Positions 1 to 7,342 of a stretch of 32,000 nucleotides of DNA are shown one piece after another. The DNA is taken from NCBI GenBank assembly GCA_900234795.1, contig LT962688.1, forward strand, positions 2,370,001-2,402,000. The letters run 5' to 3'. The stretch comes from Methylorubrum extorquens. GTDB lineage: Bacteria > Pseudomonadota > Alphaproteobacteria > Rhizobiales > Beijerinckiaceae. The stretch's first letter is position 1, and each line of letters opens with the position of its first letter. Below the pieces are notes generated by a model. That model searched no databases. It was not told the DNA's origin and saw only the letters and a program-made list of their open reading frames with translations. The position numbers and the translations under genes were made by a program.

Positions 1-155
1 CGCCCTGGGATCTCCGGACCCTCGGCGCCCTCGTGCTGCTGTGGGGCATCGTCGATCAGGACCTTCCCCGCCGCGGCATGGTCCCGGTCTGGATGGGCCG
101 CCTGCGGCTGGCCCTGTCGGCGGTCGCCGGGGCGGCGCTGCTTGTGGCAGCGTGA
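1..155 (+). CDS. C-terminal fragment of a hydrophobic (probably membrane) protein; the gene starts left of the window
   Basis: The frame with codons at 3,6,9... is open from the window edge to TGA 153-155. Third-codon positions are about 90% G/C, as in the verified genes here. The translated tail ...LGALVLLWGIV...LALSAVAGAALLVAA looks like a TM segment. No family can be assigned. Confidence 0.45.
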   Translation, partial: PWDLRTLGALVLLWGIVDQDLPRRGMVPVWMGRLRLALSAVAGAALLVAA

Positions 156-165
156 CCCGGTTCAA

Positions 166-203
166 CCGAAATCCGATCGATTGCTTCGCAATGCGGATTT
201 CGG
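166..203. terminator. Compound hairpin between convergent genes (candidate bidirectional terminator)
   Basis: Perfect 10-bp arms CCGAAATCCG (166-175) / CGGATTTCGG (194-203) with a nested ATTGC/GCAAT stem. It lies between the + strand stop at 153-155 and the pdeM stop at 269-271. There is no clear U-tract, so the termination role is inferred. Confidence 0.4.
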
Positions 204-268
204 ACTTCGCTCAAATGCCGCGTGGGCTCGGTGATACGATCTCCGCTTCGATCGAAGCAAAGATCGTA

Positions 269-952
269 TCAATCCCGCCCGAGCATGGTCCGGCCGATCG
301 CGAACACGCGTCCGTCGCCGAGCAGGTAGGCGGTGAACCCCTTGGGGAAGAGTGGCTCGAAGGCGGCGTCGCGCACGTTGAGGCCGCCCGTATAGGCGCC
401 GAAGGCCGGCATGACGAGGCGGTGGCCGTCGCTGACGAAGCAGCGGCGGCGCACGGAGCGGCCGCGCATGCTGACCTTGCCGCAGGGGTGGAGATGCCCC
501 GCGATCTCGCCCGCTTCGGCCCCCGCCAGCGGCTCGTGGCGCAGCGTCAGGCCGCCGACGGAAACCGTCTCGCAGTAGCGTCCGCCGACGCCCTCGCTCA
601 CCGCCGCATCGTGGTTGCCGGCGATCCAGACCCAGTCGCGGCCTTCCTGAAGCGCGGCGATCATCGCCCGGTCGCCGGGCTCCATCCGCTCGGGGCCGCG
701 GGCATCGTGGAAGGAATCGCCGAGCGCGACCACGCAGGCCGGATCGAGCCGCTGAACCACCTCGTGCAGGCAGGCCAGGGTCTCGCGGGTGTCGTAGGGC
801 GGCAGGAATTGGCCGGAGCGGGCGGCAAACGACGAGCCCTTCTCCAGATGGAGGTCCGACACCACCAGGGTGCGGTGTTCGGACAGCCACAGGGCGCCGG
901 TGCGGTCGAGGCTCAAGGCCTCGCCGGCAAGCGCAAGGTCGGTGCCCTTCAC
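269..952 (-). CDS. pdeM: Ligase-associated DNA damage response metallophosphoesterase PdeM
   Basis: This is the 3' third of track ORF 269..2689. Calcineurin-type phosphoesterase motifs are present: VSDLHLEKG, LGDSFHD, AGNHD, GHLHP. It sits directly downstream of the Lhr-type helicase on the same strand. The start is set at GTG 950-952 (VKGTDLALAGE...); TTG at 982 is an alternative. Confidence 0.85.
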   Translation of the reverse strand: MKGTDLALAGEALSLDRTGALWLSEHRTLVVSDLHLEKGSSFAARSGQFLPPYDTRETLACLHEVVQRLDPACVVALGDSFHDARGPERMEPGDRAMIAALQEGRDWVWIAGNHDAAVSEGVGGRYCETVSVGGLTLRHEPLAGAEAGEIAGHLHPCGKVSMRGRSVRRRCFVSDGHRLVMPAFGAYTGGLNVRDAAFEPLFPKGFTAYLLGDGRVFAIGRTMLGRD

Positions 953-1023
953 GGTCTTCTCGAGTCTCTGGCCGAGTGCCAACGTTTTTGTCCCAAGCTT
1001 CGCGGAGGAGGCGGCACGCCGCG

Positions 1024-3534
1024 TCAGCCGAGCGCCTCTTGGAGAAGCTCGGCTTCGGCCTCGGCCAGGATCTCGTCGGCCCCCTCCCCGTAGACCCGCT
1101 CGCGCCCGATTTCGAGCATGACGGACACGGAGAGCGGCGAGACCCGGTCGAGCGCCCTGTGGGTGATTCGCCCCCGGATACGCCTCAGCATCATGCCGAG
1201 GCGGGTCACGTCGAGGAGTCCGGTTGCCGCATCCTGCCGCGCGGCGCGCAGGAGCAGGTGGTCGGGCTGGTGGCGGCGCAGCACGTCGTAGATCAGATCG
1301 GTCGAGATCGTGACCTGCCGGCCGGTCTTCTTCTGGCCGGGAAAGCGCCGCTCGATCAGCCCGGCGATGACCGCGCATTGGCGGAAGGTGCGCTTCATCA
1401 TCGCCGACTCGTCGAGCCAGGCCTCCAGGTCGTCGCCGAGCATGTCCTCGTCGAACAGGGCCTCCATGAAGCCGGGCGAGAGCGCGGCGCGCTCGCTCAG
1501 ATCCTTGGTGCACCAGATGGCGATGCCGTAGTCGTTGGCGGCAAATCCGAGCGGGCGCAGGCGGGCGCGCTCCAGGCGGCGGGTCAGCAGCATGCCGAGC
1601 GTCTGGTGGGCGAGCCGCCCCTCGAACGGGAAGGCCGTAAGGTAGTGACGCCCGGCCCGCGCAAACGTCTCGACCAAGAGGTCGCGCTCGCCCGGCAGCA
1701 CGGAGTGGCGGCGCTGCTGCGCGAGGTAGTCGGCGAGCTGGCGCGGCAGGCGGTCCCACTCGAACGGGTCGGCGATGATCGCCCGCACGCGGGCCGCGAG
1801 GAAGGTCGAGAGCGGGAATTTCGAGCCGGCATAGGAGGGGATCGCCGGATCGGTGCCGGGCCCGGCCCGCGTGACGAGACATTCGTCCTCGGCCAGCCCC
1901 TCGAAGCGCAGCACCTCGCCCGCGAACAGGAAGGTATCGCCAACGGTCAGCGTCTCGGCGAAATCCTCCTCGATCTCGCCGAGCGTCCGTCCCCCCTTCG
2001 GAAGCACGGTGCCGGGTTTGGAGCGCAGGCTGCGGGCCATCCGCACCTTGATGTGCGTCGACTCGACGATGGTGCCGATATTCATGCGGTATTGCTGCGC
2101 CACCCGGGCATCGCGCACCCGCCATTTGCCGTCGGGCCCGCGCAGGATTTTGGCGAAGCGCTCGTAGGCGCGCAGGGCGTAGCCGCCGGTGGCGACGTAA
2201 TCGACCACCGCCTCGAAATCCTCCCACGACAAGGTCGCGTAGGGCGCGGCCGAGATGACCTCGTCGTAGAGTTCGAGCGGATCGAAGGCGTCGGCGCAGG
2301 CCATGCCGAGCACGTGCTGGGCGAGCACGTCGGGGGCGCCGAGGCGGGCGTCGGGCGTGTCCTGGGCCGCCTCCTCCACCGCGTCGAGGGCGGCGCGGCA
2401 TTCCAGCATCTCGAAGCGGTTGCCGGGGACGAGATAGGCCTTCGACGGCTCGTCCATCCGGTGGTTGGCCCGTCCGATGCGCTGCATGATCCGGCTCGCG
2501 CCCTTCGGCGCGCCAAGATTGACGACGAGATCGACGTCGCCCCAGTCGATGCCGAGATCGAGCGTCGCGGTGCAGACGATGGCGCGCAACTGCCCCGCCG
2601 CCATCGCCGCCTCGACCCGGCGGCGCTGCGTGGCGTCGAGCGAGCCGTGATGCAGGGCGATCGGCAGCGTGTCGTCGTTGAGCCGCCACAACTCCTGGAA
2701 GGTGTACTCGGCCTGCAGCCGCGTGTTGACGAAGACGAGCACCATCCGGTGCGCCCGGATCAGGTCGTAGATCGCCGGCATCGAGTGCCAGGCGGTGTGG
2801 CCGGCGAGCGGGAGCGTCCGGTTCACTTCGAGCATGTGCAGGTCGGGCTTGGCACCGCCCTTCACCACGACGAGCTCGGCCCGGCGGTCCTCGCCCGGCA
2901 CTTGGCCGACGAGGTACTTTTGGAGTTCCTCCGGTTCACGCACGGTGGCCGAAAGGCCGATGGCACGGGCCTCCGGCGCCAGCCGGCGCACGCGGGCGAG
3001 CGCGAGGGAGAGGAGATCGCCGCGCTTCGAGGTGACGAGGGCGTGCAACTCGTCGAGCACGATCGTCTTAAGCCCGGCGAAGAAGGCCTCCGCCTCCCGG
3101 TGGGCGAGCAGCAGCGAGAGCTGTTCGGGCGTGGTGAGCAGGATGTCGGGCGGGCGCTGGATCTGGCGCGCGCGCTTGTGCGCGGGCGTGTCGCCGGTGC
3201 GGGTCTCGACCGTGACCGGCAGATCCATGTCTTCGATCGGCGCGTCGAGGTTGCGGGCGATGTCGACCGCCAGCGCCTTGAGCGGCGAGACGTAGAGGGT
3301 GTGCAGTCCCTTCGCCTTGCCGCCCTTGCTCGCGCTTCCTTGCCGCTCGCTCAGCTCGACCAGGCTCGGCAGGAAGCCGGCCAGCGTCTTGCCGGCTCCC
3401 GTGGGGGCGACGAGCAGCGCCGAGCGTCCGCCCTGGACGGTCGCGAGCAGTTCGAGCTGATGCGGGCGGGGTGACCAGCCGCGGGAGGCGAACCACGCGG
3501 AGAAGCGCGGCGGGAGGTCGGGAGGCGGTGGCAC
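1024..3534 (-). CDS. Ligase-associated DNA damage response DEXH-box helicase (Lhr-core type)
   Basis: 836-aa ORF with helicase motifs APTGAGKT (Walker A), VLDELHAL (DExH), GLSATV and MQRIGRANHR, plus a long C-terminal Lhr-like extension. It is followed by pdeM. Confidence 0.92.
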   Translation of the reverse strand: MPPPPDLPPRFSAWFASRGWSPRPHQLELLATVQGGRSALLVAPTGAGKTLAGFLPSLVELSERQGSASKGGKAKGLHTLYVSPLKALAVDIARNLDAPIEDMDLPVTVETRTGDTPAHKRARQIQRPPDILLTTPEQLSLLLAHREAEAFFAGLKTIVLDELHALVTSKRGDLLSLALARVRRLAPEARAIGLSATVREPEELQKYLVGQVPGEDRRAELVVVKGGAKPDLHMLEVNRTLPLAGHTAWHSMPAIYDLIRAHRMVLVFVNTRLQAEYTFQELWRLNDDTLPIALHHGSLDATQRRRVEAAMAAGQLRAIVCTATLDLGIDWGDVDLVVNLGAPKGASRIMQRIGRANHRMDEPSKAYLVPGNRFEMLECRAALDAVEEAAQDTPDARLGAPDVLAQHVLGMACADAFDPLELYDEVISAAPYATLSWEDFEAVVDYVATGGYALRAYERFAKILRGPDGKWRVRDARVAQQYRMNIGTIVESTHIKVRMARSLRSKPGTVLPKGGRTLGEIEEDFAETLTVGDTFLFAGEVLRFEGLAEDECLVTRAGPGTDPAIPSYAGSKFPLSTFLAARVRAIIADPFEWDRLPRQLADYLAQQRRHSVLPGERDLLVETFARAGRHYLTAFPFEGRLAHQTLGMLLTRRLERARLRPLGFAANDYGIAIWCTKDLSERAALSPGFMEALFDEDMLGDDLEAWLDESAMMKRTFRQCAVIAGLIERRFPGQKKTGRQVTISTDLIYDVLRRHQPDHLLLRAARQDAATGLLDVTRLGMMLRRIRGRITHRALDRVSPLSVSVMLEIGRERVYGEGADEILAEAEAELLQEALG

Positions 3535-3573
3535 CCGGCTCAGGTACGACGTGCGCGGCGCGGCGTCACCGCG

Positions 3574-4524
3574 TCACGCCAGCGCCATCAGGAAGCGGTC
3601 GATCAGCTCCAAGGCGCGCTCAGTCAACGCGCCGGGGTAGCGCACGAAGATGTGGCAACCGCCGGCATAGACCGCGGTGTGGCCGCCGTTATTGGCCGCC
3701 GCCCAGCGGGCCGACATGTAGAGCGTGTCGTCGAGCAGCGGATCGGCGGTGCCGACCGTGAACAGGGCCGGTGGCAGGCCCTTCAGGTCGGCATAGAGCG
3801 GCGAGACGTCGGGCCGGCGTCGGTCGATGCCCTCGCGCACGTAGCCGTCGGCGAAGCGCTTGAGGTCGGTGGTGTTGATGACGAGGCGTTCCTCGCCCCA
3901 CAGCCGCACGCTCGGGGTCAGGCCGAGATCGTAGAAGCCGGCATTGAGGTTGGCGCCGCGGAAGGCGCGGGGCAGGTTGTGCCGGTCGCGCAGGCGCAGC
4001 AGCGTCATCACCGCGAGATGTGCGCCGACGGATTCGCCGCCGATGGTCAGCGCGTGAATGCCGAGTTCCGCCTTGCCGGGGCCGGCGAGCCACAGGGCGG
4101 CCGCCTCGCAATCCTCGAGCGCGGCGGGATAGGGATGCTCCGGCGCCAGCCGGTACTCGACCGAGAGGCAGACGAAGCCGCAGGTGTCGGCGATGCGCTC
4201 GAGCCAGGGGTCCTGCTCGTCCGCCGCGCCCCAGACCCAGCCGCCGCGGTGGATGTGCAGGTAGGCGCCCCGCGCCTTGCCCTGCGGTCGGATCACCCGC
4301 AGCGCCAGCGGTCCGGCGGGCCCCGCGATGGTGACGGTCTCGGCGCGCGGGCTGCGCGGCATGGCGGGCGATGCCTGCGTGCCCGCCCGGCGGCGCGCGC
4401 GCACCTCTTCGATCGGCAGCGACCATGGGTCGGCCTGCGCGGCGTGGGCTGCCACGATCTCGGCATTGAGCGCCTTCGTCTCGGCATCAATGGTCGCCGG
4501 GTCGAACAGAGCGTGGTCGATCAT
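3574..4524 (-). CDS. Alpha/beta hydrolase (esterase/lipase, hormone-sensitive-lipase-like fold-3 family)
   Basis: 316-aa ORF. The oxyanion-region motif is HIHRGGWVWG (a variant of HGGG), the nucleophile elbow is GESVG, and the LAPEHPYPAAL segment is typical of the family. Confidence 0.8.
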   Translation of the reverse strand: MIDHALFDPATIDAETKALNAEIVAAHAAQADPWSLPIEEVRARRRAGTQASPAMPRSPRAETVTIAGPAGPLALRVIRPQGKARGAYLHIHRGGWVWGAADEQDPWLERIADTCGFVCLSVEYRLAPEHPYPAALEDCEAAALWLAGPGKAELGIHALTIGGESVGAHLAVMTLLRLRDRHNLPRAFRGANLNAGFYDLGLTPSVRLWGEERLVINTTDLKRFADGYVREGIDRRRPDVSPLYADLKGLPPALFTVGTADPLLDDTLYMSARWAAANNGGHTAVYAGGCHIFVRYPGALTERALELIDRFLMALA

Positions 4525-4731
4525 GGCCTGAATCAGGTCGCGCTTTACGGGGTCAACGGGAGCCGGCAGGGCCGGATGCAGCCTGCCATCTTGAGCGGAA
4601 CGTTCGAGGATGCCATCTGGCTGCTACCCCGAATGCGTCGAATGATGCTGCGGTGTCCCGGTTTCGCAGGAGTGTGGCGAGGCTGCAACGCCGTTGCGAG
4701 GGTGCCACGGAACACCAAGGATACCGGCAGA

Positions 4732-5100
4732 ATGATCGGCGATCACGACTCGCGGCGCCGCGCCCCGCTCGACTCGGGCGCCTATCCGGCCGATCCGCGC
4801 ACCGATCCGCGCTATGGTGCGCCCCGCCGCCGCTCCGGCCTCAACCGCTTTCTCGGCGGCTCGCCCGCGGCGGTGTTCGTGAAGCTGCTGTTCCTGTCCG
4901 TGCTCGTCGGCGCGGTGATGGCGATGTTCGGCCTGACGCCGGGCCTGCTGTTCTGGCAGCTCTACGACTTCACCCGTTCGCTGATCGACCTCGGGCTCGA
5001 CACCTTCCACGATTTCGGCCGATGGATCCTCGCGGGCGCGGTGGTGGTTGTGCCGATCTGGCTGATCGCCCGCCTGCTCACCGTTTCGCGGGAGCGGTGA
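4732..5100 (+). CDS. Small integral membrane protein, function unknown
   Basis: This is the 3' end of track ORF 3652..5100, starting at ATG 4732 (MIGDHDS...). It has two hydrophobic segments (AAVFVKLLFLSVLVGAVMAMFGL and WILAGAVVVVPIWLIARLL). It resembles a conserved alphaproteobacterial DUF-type membrane protein; that is from memory and unverified. Confidence 0.6.
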   Translation: MIGDHDSRRRAPLDSGAYPADPRTDPRYGAPRRRSGLNRFLGGSPAAVFVKLLFLSVLVGAVMAMFGLTPGLLFWQLYDFTRSLIDLGLDTFHDFGRWILAGAVVVVPIWLIARLLTVSRER

Positions 5101-5174
5101 CGCCGGACCGCTGCGTCGATCCCTCCGGACCGACGCGTCGGCCGTCGTCGTGAGGGCGTGCGACACAGCAACAG

Positions 5175-5217
5175 CTTAGAACCGTTCCGATTGTTCGCCC
5201 GCGCGAACGGTTCTAAG
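5175..5217. repeat. Perfect 13-bp inverted repeat with a 17-nt spacer upstream of glcF (possible operator or RNA hairpin)
   Basis: CTTAGAACCGTTC (5175-5187) and GAACGGTTCTAAG (5205-5217) are exact reverse complements. The repeat lies 39-81 nt upstream of the glcF GTG at 5256 and 75 nt after the stop of the preceding gene. Confidence 0.85.
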
Positions 5218-5255
5218 ACTCGCACGAGAAGTAAGAAACCGCATCGAGGCGTGTC

Positions 5256-6652
5256 GTGCAGACCAATTTCGCCCCCGAGCAGCTCGCCGACCCCGCCATG
5301 GCGGCCTCGGAGAAGATCCTGCGCACCTGCGTGCATTGCGGATTCTGTACCGCGACCTGCCCGACCTACCTCCTGCTCGGTGACGAACTCGATTCACCGC
5401 GCGGACGCATCTATCTCATCAAGGACATGCTGGAGGGCGGCAAGCCGGCGAGCCGCGAAGTCGTCAAGCACATCGACCGCTGCCTCTCGTGCCTGTCCTG
5501 CATGACGACCTGTCCGTCGGGCGTGCATTACATGCACCTCGTCGATCACGCCCGCACCCATATCGAGAAGACCTACGCGCGCCCGCTCTCCGACCGGCTC
5601 CTGCGCGCGGTGCTGGCCCTGGTGCTGCCCTATCCGAACCGGTTCCGGGTGGCGCTGCTCGCGGCCAAGATCGGGGCGCCGTTCCGGCCGCTGGTCGCCC
5701 GGCTGCCGCGGGTCGGCAACCGGCTGGCGGCGATGCTCGATCTCGCCCCGGCGCAACTGCCGAACCGCAACCGCACCGACCGGCCCGGCACCTTCCCGCC
5801 GATCCCTCGGCGCAGGAGATCAGCGACCTCTTCCAGACCGGTGAGGACAAGGCGCCGGCCAAGCGCCGCGGCCGGGTCGCGCTGCTGCGCGGCTGTGCCC
5901 AGAGCGTCCTGCGGCCGGACTTCAACGAGGCCGCGATCCGCCTGCTCAACCGCCACGGGGTCGAGGTGGTCCTGCCCAAGGGCGAGGGCTGCTGCGGCGC
6001 ACTGACCCATCACATGGGCAAGGAGGCGAACGCCCACGGTCACGCCAAGCGCACCATCGACGCCTGGATCGCCGAGATGGAGGGGCCCGGCCTCGATGCC
6101 ATCGTCGTCACCGCCTCGGGCTGCGGCACGACGATCAAGGATTACGGCTTCATGTTCCGCGACGACCCGGCCTATGCCGAGAAGGCGGCGCGGGTCTCAG
6201 GTATCGCCAAGGACGTGACCGAGTACATGGCCGAGATCGGCCTGCTGCCCCCGGTCGAGGATACCGACCTCGTGGTCGCTTACCACTCTGCCTGCTCGAT
6301 GCAGCACGGGCAGGCCATCCGCACCGAGCCCAAAACCCTGCTCAAGAAGGCGGGCTTCACGGTGAAGGACGTGCCGGAGGGCCATATCTGCTGCGGCTCG
6401 GCCGGAACCTACAACATCCTTCAGCCGGAGATCGCCGCCCGTCTGCGGGATCGCAAGGTCGCCAATATCGAGCGCGTCCGGCCCGACATCATCGCCACCG
6501 GCAATATCGGCTGCGCCACCCAGATCGGGAAAGGCACCGACATCCCGATCCTCCACACGGTCGAGCTGCTCGACTGGGCGACAGGCGGGCCGCGGCCGGA
6601 AGCGCTGGCGCATGTGAAGGCGCGTCCGGCACCCGTCCCGGCGCACGTTTAA
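5256..6652 (+). pseudogene. glcF: Glycolate oxidase iron-sulfur subunit GlcF with a broken reading frame (1-nt deletion-like shift near 5796-5800)
   Basis: The N-terminal half is in the frame of ORF 5256..6005 and carries two ferredoxin-type clusters, CVHCGFCTATCP and CLSCLSCMTTCP. The C-terminal half, with two CCG-type cysteine-rich domains (EGCCGAL..., GHICCGSAGTYN), continues only in the frame of ORF 5489..6652. The join reads ...RPGTFP|ADPSAQEISDLF... The C-terminal part has no usable internal start before its first CCG domain. Confidence 0.85.
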
Positions 6653-6707
6653 GGTCAAGATTGAATTTCCCGCTCTGCACAATTGCGGGTCGTCCCTTCC
6701 TTGACCT
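6652..6707. terminator. Nested stem-loop immediately after the glcF stop (candidate terminator or regulatory structure)
   Basis: The outer 8-bp arms are AGGTCAAG (6652-6659) / CTTGACCT (6700-6707), enclosing an inner CCCGC (6669-6673) / GCGGG (6685-6689) stem. There is no U-tract. Confidence 0.3.
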
Positions 6708-6765
6708 CGCTGCAGGTGCGAATTAGGCCCGCAACCAGTGTCGGCCCGAGATCGTTTGCAGGCTT

Positions 6766-7152
6766 ATGACAGAGAACCCGACAGAGTCGCCCGTCGTCCT
6801 CCTCGTCGAAGATGACGGTCTGCTGCTGATGGAAGCGTCCGATACCCTGGCCGAGGCCGGGTTCAACGTCCTCGAAGCGCACCATGCCGACAAGGCGCTC
6901 GACGTGCTGGAAGGCCGGCCCGATGTCGGGATCGTGATGACCGATGTCGACATGCCGATGGGCTCGATGGACGGCTTCGCCCTGGCCCGCCTCGTCGCCC
7001 ACCGCTGGCCGGAAATCCCGGTGCTGATCGTCTCCGGCATGGGCACGCCCGGCCCCGGCGACATGCCGGACGGTGCTCGCTTCATCCCGAAGCCCTACGC
7101 GCCGACCATGCTGGTGCGCACCCTCAAGGCCTGCCTCAAGCGCGCCGCCTGA
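6766..7152 (+). CDS. Single-domain response regulator (CheY-like receiver)
   Basis: 128-aa ORF with the receiver signature VVLLVEDD...IVMTDVDMPMGSMDGFAL...VLIVSG...IPKPY. There is no output domain. Confidence 0.9.
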   Translation: MTENPTESPVVLLVEDDGLLLMEASDTLAEAGFNVLEAHHADKALDVLEGRPDVGIVMTDVDMPMGSMDGFALARLVAHRWPEIPVLIVSGMGTPGPGDMPDGARFIPKPYAPTMLVRTLKACLKRAA

Positions 7153-7170
7153 CGGCCGCCCGCAGACGTT

Positions 7171-7191
7171 GCGCGCATGGCCGATGCGCGC
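7171..7191 (+). terminator. GC-rich hairpin after the response regulator gene
   Basis: GCGCGCAT (7171-7178) / ATGCGCGC (7184-7191) form a perfect 8-bp stem with a 5-nt loop, 19 nt after TGA 7150-7152. No U-tract follows. It could instead be a leader structure for the metY-like gene. Confidence 0.35.
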
Positions 7192-7342
7192 GGGGACCAA
7201 TCGCGGGTTTCGCCGCGGTCCGTTTCGCGGCAGAAGGCGGGTGAGAGTGGCGCGCTGCCCCGCGCGCCGACAGACCGATCAGTTCAGGTCCCGCCATGAC
7301 CGCCGAGCCAAAAAACCCTCCGCTTCGCCACGCAGGCGGTCC

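Noticed and set aside
269-2689. 806-aa ORF on the - strand
   Set aside because: It is a chimeric frame. Only its last 227 codons (269-952) are real pdeM. The upstream part overlaps the helicase in another frame and is Arg/Pro-rich nonsense.
976-3474. 832-aa ORF on the + strand covering almost the whole helicase gene
   Set aside because: It is antisense to a gene with unambiguous helicase motifs. Its translation is Arg/Gly/Ala/Asp-rich with no recognisable motif. This is a typical shadow ORF caused by GC3-rich codon usage on the opposite strand.
3652-4731. 5' part of the 482-aa + strand ORF
   Set aside because: It is antisense to the esterase gene. Only the last 122 codons (4732-5100) look like a real small membrane protein.
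5184-5196. Alphaproteobacterial LexA (SOS) box inside the glcF-upstream repeat
   Set aside because: The GTTC motifs are separated by 5 nt, not the N7 spacing of GTTC-N7-GTTC.
5790-5805. Programmed -1 ribosomal frameshift in glcF
   Set aside because: There is no X-XXY-YYZ slippery heptamer at the junction, and I see no obvious downstream pseudoknot or hairpin. A 1-nt indel is the simpler explanation.
7153-7342. SAM-type riboswitch upstream of the metY-like gene
   Set aside because: The region has GC hairpins and an A-run, but I could not match it confidently to the SAM-II, SAM-V or SAM/SAH consensus from memory. It needs an Rfam covariance-model scan before any claim.
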